Assembly (NCBI GenBank): GCA_032718475.1
Contig: JAUCBJ010007556.1
Coordinates: 1 to 64,000, forward strand
Length of the DNA: 64,000 nucleotides
DNA from: Nemertoderma westbladi
Taxonomy: Eukaryota > Animalia > Xenacoelomorpha
Direction: 5' to 3'
Made by a program: the position numbers and the translations under genes. Shown here piece by piece: positions 40,401-52,741 of the stretch; the first letter of the stretch is position 1; every line of letters begins with the position of its first letter. The notes below the pieces were generated by a model that was given only the letters and a program-made list of their open reading frames with translations, was not told where the DNA came from and ran no database searches.

Positions 40401-43400
40401 ATTTGTTTATTACCGGTAACAGTACAAGCGGGTTCATTTGTTTATTACCGGTAACAATACATGCGGGTTCATTTGTTTATTATTGGTAACAGTACAAACG
40501 GGTTCATTTGTTTATTATCGGTAACAGTACAAACGGGTTCATTTGTTTATTACCGGTAACAATACACACGGGTTCATTTGTTTATTACTGGTAACAATAC
40601 ATGCGGGTTCATTTGTTTATTACCAGTAACAGTACACACGGGTTCATTTGTTTATTACCAGTAACAATACATGCGGGTTCATTTGTTTATTATCGGTAAC
40701 AATACACACGGGTTCATTTGTTTATTACCAGTATCAATACATGGGGGTTCATTTGTTTATTATCGGTAACAGTACAGACGGGTTCATTTGTATATTACCT
40801 GTAACAATACTTGCGGGTTCATTTGTTTATTACCGGTAACAATACACATGGGTTCATTTGTTTGTTACCAGTAACAATAGGACTACACACGGGTTCATTT
40901 GTTTATTACCGGTAACAATACACATTGTTTCATTTGTTTATTACCGGTAACAATAGCCTACATGCGGGTTCATTTGTTTATTACCGGTAACAATACACGA
41001 GGGTTCATTTGTTTGTTACCGGTAACAGTACACACGGGTTCATTTGTTTATTACCAGTAACAATACACATGGGTACATTTGTTTGTTACCTGTAACAATA
41101 GGCCTACACACGTGGTTCATTTGTTTATTACCGGTAACAATACACATGGTTTCATTTGTTTATTACCAGTAACAATACACACGGGTTCATTTGTTTATTA
41201 CCGGTAACAATACATGCAGGTTCATTTGTTTATTACCAGTAACAATACCCATGGTTTCATTTATTTATTACCGGTAACAATTTAAATGGCTTCATTTGTT
41301 TATTACCAGTAACAATACACATGGGTTCATTTGTTTATTACCGGTAACAATACACATGGATTCATTTGTTTGGTACCGGTAACAATAGGCCTACACACGG
41401 GTTCATTTGATTATTACCAGTGACAATACACATGGGTTCATTTGTTTGGTACCAGTACCAATAGGCCTACACACGGGTTCATTTGTTTATTACCAGTAAC
41501 AATACACATGGGTTCATTTGTTTATTACTGGTAACAATACACACGGGTTCATTTCTTTATTACCGGTAACAATACACATGGTTTCATTTGTTTATTACTG
41601 GTAACAATACACACGGGTTCATTTCTTTATTACCGGTAACAATACACATGGTTTCATTTGTTTATTACCGGTAACAATACACATGGGTTCATTTGTTATT
41701 ACTGGTAACAATGGAAATGGGTTCATTTGTTTATTACTGGTAACAATACACGCGGGTTCATTTGTTTATTACCATTAACAATACAAGCGGGTTCATTTGT
41801 TTATTACCGGTAACAATAGCCTACACGCGGGTTCATTTGTTTATTATCGGTAATAATACACGTGGGTTCATTTGTTTATTACCGGTAACAGTACACACGG
41901 GTTCATTTGTTTATTACCAGTAACAATACATGCGGGTTCATTTGTTTATTATCGGTAACAGTACACACGGGTTCGTTTGCTTATTATCGGTAATAATACA
42001 CGTGGGTTCATTTGTTTATTACCGGTAACAGTACACACGGGTTCATTTGTTTATTACCAGTAACGATACATGCGGGTTCATTTGTTTATTATCGGTAATA
42101 ATACACGTGGGTTCATTTGTTTATTACCGGTAACAGTACACACGGGTTCATTTGTTTATTACCAGTAACAATACATGCGGGTTCATTTGTTTATTATCGG
42201 TAACAGTACACACGGGTTCGTTTGCTTATTACTGGTAACAATACATGCGGGTTCATTTGTTTATTATTGGTAACAGTACACATGGGTTCATTTGTTTATT
42301 ACTGGTAACAATACACACGGGTTCATTTGTTTATTACCGGTAACAATTCACACGGGTTCATTTGTTTATTACCGGTAACAATACACATGGGTTACTTTGT
42401 TTGGTACCGGTAACAATAGGCCTACACACGGGTTCATTTGTTTATTACCGGTAACAATACACATGGGTTCATTTGTTTGGTACTGGTAACAATAGCCTAC
42501 ACGCGGGTTCATTTGTTTATTATCGCTAAAAATACACGCGGGTTCATTTGTTTATTACCGGTAACAATACCCATGATTTAATTTGTTTATTACTGGTAAC
42601 AATACATGCGGGTTCATTTGTTTATTACCGGTAACAATTCACCCGGGTTCATTTGTTTATTACCGGTAACAATACACACGGGTTCATTTGTTTATTACCA
42701 GTAACAATACACTGGGTTCTTTTGTTTATTACTGGTATCAATTCAAATGGCTTCATTTGTTTATTACCAGTAACAATACACATGGGTTCTTTTGTTTATT
42801 ACCGGTAACAATATGCATGGGTTAATTTGTTTGGAACCAGTAACAATAGGCCTACACACGGGTTCATTTGTTTATTACCGGTAACAATACACATGGGTTC
42901 ATTTTTTTGGCACCTGTAACAATAGGCCTACACACGGGTTCATTTGTTTATTACCGGTAACAATACACACGGGTTCATTTCTTTATTACCGGTAACAACT
43001 CAAATGGCTTCATTTGTTTATTACCAGTAACAATACACGCGGGTTCATTTGTTTATTATCAGTAACAATACACACGAGTTCATTTGTTTATTATCGTTAA
43101 CAGTACAAATGGGTTCATTTGTTTAATACCGGTAACAATACACGCGGGTTCATTTGTTTATTACCGGTAACATTACACATGGGTTAATTTGTTTATTACT
43201 GGTAACAACTCAAATGGCTTCATTTGTTTATTACCAGTAACAATACACGCGGGTTCATTTGTTTATTATCAGTACCAATACACACGAGTTCATTTGTTTA
43301 TTACCAGTAACAATACACATGGGTTCATTTGTTTATTACCAGTAACAATACACATTATTTCATTTGTTTATTACTGGTAACAATACATGCGGGTTCATTT

Positions 43401-46089
43401 GTTTATTATCGGTAACAATACACATAGGTTCATTTGTTTAATACCGGTAACAATACACGCGGATTCATTTGTTTATTACCAGTAACAATTCCCATGATTT
43501 CATTTGTTTATTACTGGTAACAATACAAGCGGGTTCATTTGTTTATTACCGGTAACAATAGCCTACACGCGGGTTCATTTGTGTATTATCGGTAATAATA
43601 CACGCGGGTTTATTTGTTTATTACCAGTAACAATACACACGGGTTCATTTGTTTATTACCAGTAACAATACACATTATTTCATTTGTTTATTACTGGTAA
43701 CAATACATGCGGGTTCATTTGTTTATTATCGGTAACAATACACATGGGTTAATTTGTTTGTTACCGTTAACAATACAAGCGGGTTCATTTGTTTATTACC
43801 GGTAACAATAGCCTACACGCGGGTTCATTTGTGTATTATCGGTAATAATACACGCGGGTTTATTTGTTTATTACCAGTAACAATACACACGGGTTCATTT
43901 GTTTATTACCAGTAACAATACACATGATTTCATTTGTTTATTACTGGTAACAATACACATGGGTTCTTTTGTTTAATACTGGTAACAATTCAAATGGCTT
44001 CATTTGTTTATTACCAGTAACAATACACATGGGTTCTTTTGTTTATTACCGGTAACAATACACATGGGTTAATTTATTTGGAACTGGTAACAATAGGCCT
44101 ACACACGTGGTTCATTTGTTTATTACCGGTAACAATACACATGGGTTCATTTTTTTGGCACCTGTAACAATAGGCCTACACACGGGTTCATTTGTTTATT
44201 ACCGGTAACAATACACATGGGTTCATTTTTTTGGCACCGGTAACAATAGTCCAACACACGGGTTAATTTGTTTATTACTGGTAACAATACACACGGGTTG
44301 ATTTCTTTATTACCGGTAACAATACACATAGGTTCATTTGTTTAATACCGGTAACAATACACGCGGGTTCATTTGTTTATTACCAGTAACAATTCCCATG
44401 ATTTCATTTGTTTATTACTGGTAACAATACAAGCGGGTTCATTTGTTTATTACCGGTAACAATAGCCTACACGCGGGTTCATTTGTTTATTATCGGTAAC
44501 AATACAAGCGGTTTCATTTGTTTATTACCGGTAACAATACACATGGTTTCATTTGTTTATTACCAGTAACAATACACGCGGGTTCATTTGTTTATTATCA
44601 GTAACAATACACACGGGTTCATTTGTTTATTACCAGTAACAATACCCATGATTTCATTTGTTTATTACTGGTAACAATACATGCGGGTTCATTTGTTTAT
44701 CATCGGTAACAATACACATGGGTTAATTTGTTTGTTACCGTTAACAATACAAGCGGGTTAATTTGTTTATTACCGGTAACAATAGCCTACACGCGGGTTC
44801 ATTTGTTTATTATTGGTAATAATACACGCGGGTTCATTTGTTTATTACCAGTAACAATACCCATGGTTTCATTTGTTTATTACCGGTAACAATACCCATG
44901 ATTTCATTTGTTTATTACTGGTAACAATACATGCGGGTTCATTTGTTTTTTATCGGTAACAATACACACGGGTTCATTTGTTTATTACCAGTAACAATAC
45001 ATGCGGGTACATTTGTTTATTACCAGTAACAATACATGCGGGTTCATTTGTTTATTACCGGTAACAGTACACACGGGTTCATTTGTTTAATACTGGTAAC
45101 AATACATGCGGGTTCATTTGTTTATTACCGGTAACAATACATGCGGGTTCATTTGTTTATTACCGGTAACAGTACAAACGGGTTCATTTGTTTATTATCG
45201 GTAATAATACACGCGGGTTCATTTGTTTATTACCAGTAACAATACCCATAATTTCATTTGTTTATTACCAGTAACAATACACGCGGGTTCATTTGTTTAT
45301 TATCAGTAACAATACCCATAATTTCATTTGTTTATTACCAGTAACAATACACGCGGGTTCATTTGTTTATTATCAGTAACAATACACACGGGTTCATTTG
45401 TTTATTACCAGTAACAATACCCATGATTTCATTTGTTTATTACTGGTAACAATACATGCGGGTTCATTTGTTTATCATCGGTAACAATACACATGGGTTA
45501 ATTTGTTTGTTACCGTTAACAATACAAGCGGGTTAATTTGTTTATTACCGGTAACAATAGCCTACACGCGGGTTCATTTGTTTATTATTGGTAATAATAC
45601 ACGCGGGTTCATTTGTTTATTACCAGTAACAATACCCATGGTTTCATTTGTTTATTACCGGTAACAATACCCATGATTTAATTTGTTTATTACTGGTAAC
45701 AATACATGCGGGTTCATTTGTTTTTTATCGGTAACAATACACACGGGTTCATTTGTTTATTACCAGTAACAATACATGCGGGTACATTTGTTTATTACCA
45801 GTAACAATACATGCGGGTTCATTTGTTTATTACCGGTAACAATACATGCGGGTTCATTTGTTTATTACCGGTAACAGTACACACGGGTTCATTTGTTTAA
45901 TACTGGTAACAATACATGCGGGTTCATTTGTTTATTACCGGTAACAATACATGCGGGTTCATTTGTTTATTATCGGTAACAGTACAAACGGGTTCATTTG
46001 TTTATTACCGGTAACAATACACACGGGTTCATTTGTTTATTAATAATAATAAATGAATTGTTGTGGGGTGAGTGACGGTTAGTTAAATA

Positions 46090-46370
46090 TATAATGTAGA
46101 TAGGACAATATGATAATGCTCTCCATAGCGAAAAATATCAACCGACCCTGTTGGGGCTCGAACCCGGTACCTTCCTTTGAGTGATTAGTTGGCCTAAATA
46201 TGATATCCCACTCCATAGTGAAATCTTCATCCGATCTGGTAGCTCAGTACACACACCCGGCTGATGATAACCGTAAGTTTGAAACCTAGGTACCGGGTTC
46301 GAGCCCCAACAGGGTCGGTTGATATTTTTCGCTATGGAGAGCATTATCATATTGTCCTATCTACATTATA
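46090..46370 (+). mobile_element. Small retroelement (SINE/retrozyme/Penelope-like terminus) with a tRNA-like head and a perfect 83-bp inverted duplication
   Basis: 46090-46172 is the exact reverse complement of 46288-46370. A-box-like TAGCTCAGT at 46240-46248 and B-box GGTTCGAGCCC at 46296-46306. Confidence 0.75.
46255..46298 (+). ncRNA. Type I hammerhead ribozyme motif
   Basis: ACCCGG-CTGATGA-T-AACC GTAA GTTT-GAA-ACCTAGGT-A^CCGGGT. Helix I is 6 bp (ACCCGG/CCGGGT), the core CUGAUGA and GAAA are intact, helix II has a GUAA tetraloop and one mismatch, and helix III is palindromic. GUA cleavage triplet with predicted cut after 46292. Confidence 0.8.
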
Positions 46371-48829
46371 CATTTGTTTATTACTGGTAACAATACATGC
46401 GGGTTCATTTGTTTATTACCGGTAACAGTAAAAGCGGGTTCATTTGTTTATTACCGGTAACAATACACATGGGTTAATTTGTTTGTTACCGGTAACAATA
46501 CACACGGGTTCATTTGTTTATTACCGGTAACAATACACACGGGGTTTTTTTTTTTTTTAAAAATGAAGTTGTATGACCACCTCCTGGTCACTTATGCCTA
46601 TTTTTTGTTTCCTTGCGTAATATACTGTTGGCCTAGTTCTGGGACAGAAATGACTCGTCACAGTTTAATGTTGGCCTACTGTTTATCAAAAGCACTATAT
46701 TATAATTATTCTCCCTTTTCTGCGGTAGGCGGGTGGCTTGCTGTTTGGTCCCGGCACTAACTTTTGAAATTCATCAAATAACGGCGGATTGCGCTCATGT
46801 AAATAATACCAGGTTTCCACTTTCTCGAAATTTTATTGAATTTTATAATATTAAAAAAAACAACATTGTGTTGTAGGTCCATAACAATGCTATTGTTATT
46901 TAGCATTGTTGCTATTGTGTTCAGCCAACGTGGGGAAGGCCAAACAGCAACTAAAATGGGAATTGGAAAATCTCCCTCTAGCAGCGATTGGCGGAATTAA
47001 ATATTTCACCAAAAACACAACGTCCTATGTACTATCCCTTGATATTTAACCTAATATTTTGAAACCGACTTTTTTAGACTCAGCACATTCGAATCTACAA
47101 AAATTCGCAATAATATTTGAATTTGACAGTTTGAAAACGAGCTATAAATTATCACATTACGATGAGAAATCACTGTGTAGGCCTATTATTAAAAAAAAAT
47201 CTAAGTGTAATCCTTCCCGCTTAAACCTGTATGCCTGGGGTCTGTTCATTAGTTAGTTCTGTTTCAGGCACTATGGCTGCACACAACCTTATACTAAAAT
47301 TATTTATCAATATTGGGGTTGTGGGGGTCGTTGAATTCATTTCCAAGGTCAGAAGGTTTGTCTGTCTGTCTTCTTAAATATTGACGGAAAGCGATAACCC
47401 GAAAACTAAAAAAATATCTAGCTAAGCTGTATTACGATTTGAAACCCTCATTAAATTCTGCATCAGATGAAAATTAATAATCTAAAAATGTGAAAATTGT
47501 ACTCGGAAATTTATTTACATTTGGTACACATATCTACAGAATAATTATTCGAAATTTTACATAAATTAACAGAATTTATGCAAAAAAAATATTAAATGCA
47601 AAGGCTTTTAGAGGGATGGTCATCAAGTGCCCAAAATTTCATAATTTCGCACAATGGCATGCTAATTCTACCCTATGACCATAATATTGATATACTCATT
47701 ACTCATGCTCAAAAATTATTAAAAAAAAACTTATTTTTTGCAATATTTTTGACAGGTTTTTCCATTTTTGACCAAAAATTTACGCATTTTGTTAAATAAA
47801 ATGTCTTTAGACTGGGTAGTTCTTGTTCTTGTCAAGAGTTGAGCCGTTCAAAAACACGATGTGGTTATGTGTGTATAACCATCCAATGATATCTCAAAAA
47901 CTCAAGCAGGTGCGCAACAATTTTTAACGCGACTATTTATCAATTAGTATATAGTTGTTGAATAAAAAAGTTGGGAACGATTCTCTGTGCGATATTCGAA
48001 ATATTAGCATATTATCAATATTATGGAACGCGAAATGAAATACCCACAACTACTACTTTGTCAGCTGAACAACATTTCACTACTGTTAATGTGAATGTGT
48101 TGTTGTTAATTTGAGTTACGTACTACATTATTATTATATTATTATAGTTATATCTCTATTCAGTCAGTTAGTGTAATGTCAAGCAGTAATACTGTCATAA
48201 TACTGTCATCAACTTAGGCTAAGCTCAATTGTAATGTTAAGGCTTAGTAGGTTTTGTATATCTGGGACGTTTACAACAGCTGTCGATTAAACTAACAAAA
48301 CCATAAAACTGAACCAGGGTGGCTGCCAGCCGGGTACCAACGGCCGTTGGGTGGACTTAAGGGAACATTTCACAAACTTTCATAGGAGGCTTGTGCATGT
48401 ACATTATATTGGTTTGGTTGCTCCGATGTTTTTATTATGCTAACTGAGAATGTATGTAATTAATGTCCTTTATTTTATTTATCTAATACAGAAAGACCCC
48501 TCCGCAGAATAAACTGCTCTTTTGGGCCGTTTCTCAGGTTGCGGATATGGATACCATTTGACACATAATCGTAGTAATTGTGATTATGATTTGTTTGCCA
48601 GGCGAATGTGTATTACATTAGATGGGAGGCAGTTTTTTGGTTGATGCAAGTCATTCTTGGTTTGCATCTTCCAATCCCATCTGTTTCTTGGAGTCCGTGT
48701 AAGACAAGGTTATGGCAAGGGCAATTTAATTAAAGTCTGTCCATTCAAAGGGTTCTAGCTGAACATTTTGTTACACGTGTTTTCCGGTCGGTGATTTCAT
48801 TTTTTATGTTAGTTTTCTCATTTACCTGT

Positions 48830-49430
48830 ATGATGTCTGTCCGAATTGCTATCTGTCTGTTATTCAAAATATAACCGACAGCTGAACAGACAAACAGACA
48901 ATGTGGATGACGTCCCATATGAAAACTGAAATCTGAAATGAAATCACCACCCTTGAAACCCCATAACAAATTTTTTAGCTTGTTGGTATGTCTTCCTATT
49001 ACTTTGACGGAAAGATCGCTGGACCGACAGAAAAACCGACAGACAGACATAGCAAGTTTTGTTAAAATTGAAAACTGACGTCAGAAATAAATTTGGCAAC
49101 CGGAATAACTCAATAACTTTCAGCTAGTTTGAATTCTTTCCTTATTTTGACAGACAGATGGACATACAGACCGACAGACAGACATAGTAAGTTTTGTTAA
49201 AATTGAAAACTGACGTCAGAAATAAATTTGGCAACCGGAATAACTCAATAACTTTCAGCTAGTTTGAATTCTTTCCTTATTTTGACAGACAGATGGACAT
49301 ACAGACCGACAGACAGACATAATAGACTTTGATAAAAATGAAAACTAACTTCGGAATTGAAATCAGCGATCAAGAAAACCACAACAAAAAATGTTTTAGC
49401 TAGGTGGTATGATGTCCTTATATGTTCAGT
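48830..49430. repeat. 135-bp tandem repeats with (GACA)n microsatellite, central array of a HINE/Helentron-type element
   Basis: Near-identical units start at 49035 and 49170. Diverged units start at 49305 and ~48880, and a related TTTGTCTGTCTGTC segment lies at ~47340-47410. Confidence 0.7.
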
Positions 49431-50247
49431 ATTCAGGGAGGAACGGTATGAAAACTATGAGTTCTTTAGCACCAGTTTGTATATTACAGTATATGTGGTC
49501 TCGGCCACGAAAAGTGAACAAAAATATTGAAAACTTTGAGTGGACATAACTTTTGAACCAGTGGACCAATTGTGACCATCGATAGCTCATTCGAACAAGC
49601 TCGACAAACTCTACAACATATAAAAATTCAGATGCAAAGGTTTTTTTAAATGGCCATATTTATCTCTAAAATACCATGCTTATGTAGAGTATTTTGTAGA
49701 GTTTGCCCGAAACAAGAAGTGTATGCTAACTGTGACTCAACGTGCAAGGTGATCATCTACACTTACAATGCGGAGAAGAGATATGATTTCTGAAAGAGGA
49801 AATCTGGCCTGGTCTTTTAACTATATTAACGACATAAGTTAGGCCTCTGATGGATTTGGGTGCACGTTTAAAACTGCATGTCAAAAAATCGATAATATTA
49901 GTATAATACTAGACTGTAAAGATACAGTTGCTGTAATCTTCAAACTACAGTAGTTTATGCGGATCCATTTTACTCTTGAAGTAAAGCCTATGTATTAGCC
50001 TTTCAGGTACATCACTGCTTATCTATATTACTTTTGTCTGGAAAATAATACAAGCCTCCAAATTGTTAAATATATTATTTTGAGATAAAAATATAGAGTT
50101 TGGATTGTAACTTTTAAGTTCTGCCAAAAATTTGCCAACGCCGTCTTTATATTGTAATGATGCAAATCACATAATCATTTACTTTGTCTTCCAGAAAAAT
50201 AAGTCTTTACCGATTAGTGGTTATTCAAATTAGTTACTGTATATGAG

Positions 50248-52741
50248 TAGAGGTAGGGGGTATGGGTCAGATTTTTGGTGATGCTCTCCAAATTAGCTTG
50301 GGACATATTTTTTCGATGCATTAGGGCATATGGGCATAATATTCACAAAAAATTTGAAATTTTAGTCCAAATTCATCAGCAGCAAGCAAAAAAATTGAGC
50401 GGTACCCACAATGCGCTCGAGCGATAATGGATTTATGATAATTTTGCTTATATACCAACTTCTTATAGTCGTATTGACTTGATTTTGGTTTTATTTTAAT
50501 CGCAATCGCAATTTAGTGTGGGTAGATGTCACCATTTAGTCATTAAACACTATATTTCTTAAGATATGGGTCATTTGCCATACAATTTTCATTTTTATTT
50601 CGTACCGATTGGCGTCAGATCTTATAAGTAGCACAGCAATGCATTATACAATTGTATTTTTTTATGTATTTTTTATTTTTTTTTTATGTATTTAAGTATA
50701 TTTATTTATTTTTTTGTTTCTTTGCTGAAGAATTTGTAAATATCACTTGCATTCGTGAAATTTCATCAGTCGAATGTTGAATAATTCCCATTCTCCTATA
50801 ACTGCACAGGTCAAGATTTGATCTTTATACACATTATGGATGTCAGTCATCTGGAACAAGCTATTTCCAGAATGTACCAGGATTCATCCTTCCCAAGTGC
50901 TCGACTACATATTCGAACTGTTTCCTAGTTGTTCTTTGTAGTACCATATGTCAGTTTGTACCATAGTTTCTTGCCTTTTATAGGCTTATCCCAGATTGTG
51001 GCGCACATGCTATTTTATTGGTACAGATCTGATTGATTACTTATTCATAATGATGGATGGGTGGGTGGATGGATGTCTTGGACAGTGATAGCGTTGTTAC
51101 TTGTTATCTGGAAAATATCATCATTAGAAGGAAGTTTGATTTGTTCTCTGTTGTTTCTAGAAGCAACGTGGCTCTCATCTGATAATAACACAGCTGGATT
51201 CTCAACCATTCCCTCATGGGAAATCTTAATGAGCCGAAACAAATTTGGTCTGGCAATAACATCAGACTTATGATAACGTTTGGAAAAAGCCTTTAAATGC
51301 GGCTTTTCAGAATTGATTCATGCTTATCAAGTGAGGTGCATGGTCCATATTTTACAATCTTAAAGAAGCTTCATAGTATAATCATTATGAGCGAATGTGT
51401 AATCATGTAATCACAGTGAGATGCTATGCCTATTTTATTTAGAAGCCTCTGTTTCTGGAGAGCTTTTTGGCTTTGAGACAATCTATCCTCCCTTTCACGG
51501 AGAATGGATCAAACTTGTCGAGAAATTCTTTCAACAATGCCTTTTCAGCCTGATATACAGTACTGTAACACCATATCATCAGTGCGAATCCCTTAGCAGT
51601 GAACTTGGCATTACGAAATTTTGCTACTACCGCCAAGTGTCTAAGTTTGGCAAGATCCCTTTCAGCTTCAATATTATGTCTTGGAAGTTGTATCAGATCT
51701 TCAGGATCAATCCCAAACAATTCAGTATCTCGTGATTTCTCCCCTGCCTCTTTCGAAAATCCATATTCTCGACCACCAACTACACTGAATATGAATTACC
51801 TCAGCCCTCAGCTGCATGAAGGCACATTTTATGCATAATGGCCTTATCAAAATCAGTTTGGGGATTTCTTACAGGATTTCTTGTCTTAGCCAGATTGTTC
51901 AAAACAGTTAAGCAAAGGCAATGTAAAGAATGCAACTAATGCAAGGGTTTGGAGCTCTGTAAGGAAAAATTCACAGCTGATATATACAGTAGATTACATG
52001 CATCCACAAGTAAGTTTGTCTTGTATGTCTCTTGTAGAAGCATCTGCAGCAATGGAGGGCATGAAGAAGAGATACATAGCCAAGCTTTGTGAAGCGCCGT
52101 TCATGATACAATTATCATATATTTTACTTGGCCTTCACGTTCTACAATAAGGTCAGAATTGGCTGACTTGTCATGAGTGACAAGTTTAAGCAAGACATGA
52201 ATGCCAGCAATCAGTAAAGCTTTCTTGCCCCTAAAAAAAGGCCTCAAAGATGGATTTATTGCCTCTAACCTATCTCCTGATTTTACAGATAAATCAAGCT
52301 GAGATAATACACAATACAGTAATATTTAAATTATCCAATCCTTCTACAGTATGACCTCATTAGGCATCACCAGATGCTAGATTCGGCATTATAGGAATTT
52401 TCTGAATCGAATGACATATCACATGCCCATATAAACTAGCTTTTTAAAATTTATTTATTTTTTATGTCAGAATTATAGTAAAAATACGATAAATTTTGTT
52501 AAATCTACCATAACTTAAGAAATTTAGTGTTTAATGACTAAATGGTGACATCTACAACAGTACCCCCACTAAATCGACCATTGCGATTTAAATGAGTCCA
52601 ATATCAAGTCAATACGACCATAAGAAGTTGGTATTTTTTGTATTTGATATTTAAAATTTTTGTGAATATTATGCCCAAATGCATCGAAAAAACATGTCCC
52701 AAGGTGATTCTGAAGACATGACCTTATACCCCCTACCTCTA
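50248..52741 (-). mobile_element. Decayed hAT-like DNA transposon, long imperfect TIRs beginning TAGAGGTAGGGGGTAT, 7-bp TSD ATATGAG, transposase remnants inside
   Basis: 50248-~50570 is inverted relative to ~52508-52741. ATATGAG lies at 50241-50247 and 52742-52748. The minus-strand fragment PRHNIEAERDLAKLRHLAVVAKFRNAKFTAK resembles a hAT C-terminal (N...ER) motif. Confidence 0.8.

Larger units (their letters stand above)
31939..46545. repeat. Satellite 2: ~14.6-kb array, 35-bp unit TCATTTGTTTATTACCGGTAACAATACACATGGGT with 40/41-bp variants and higher-order blocks, roughly 400 copies
   Basis: 35-bp period measured at 31951/31986. The same variant strings recur at 34311, 35971 and 40648. Interrupted at 46043-46370. 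Confidence 0.98.

Noticed and set aside
46230-46320. Functional tRNA gene
   Set aside because: The A box lacks the GG of the D-loop, the T stem has only 3 pairs, and the anticodon region is replaced by a hammerhead motif.
31939-46545. Satellite 2 as a second splice-donor array or as coding sequence
   Set aside because: CCG|GTAACA is a weak donor and no adjoining exon was identified. The short ORFs are repeat translations.
48480-48745. Possible LINE RT remnant on the minus strand
   Set aside because: Too degenerate to assign motifs with confidence.
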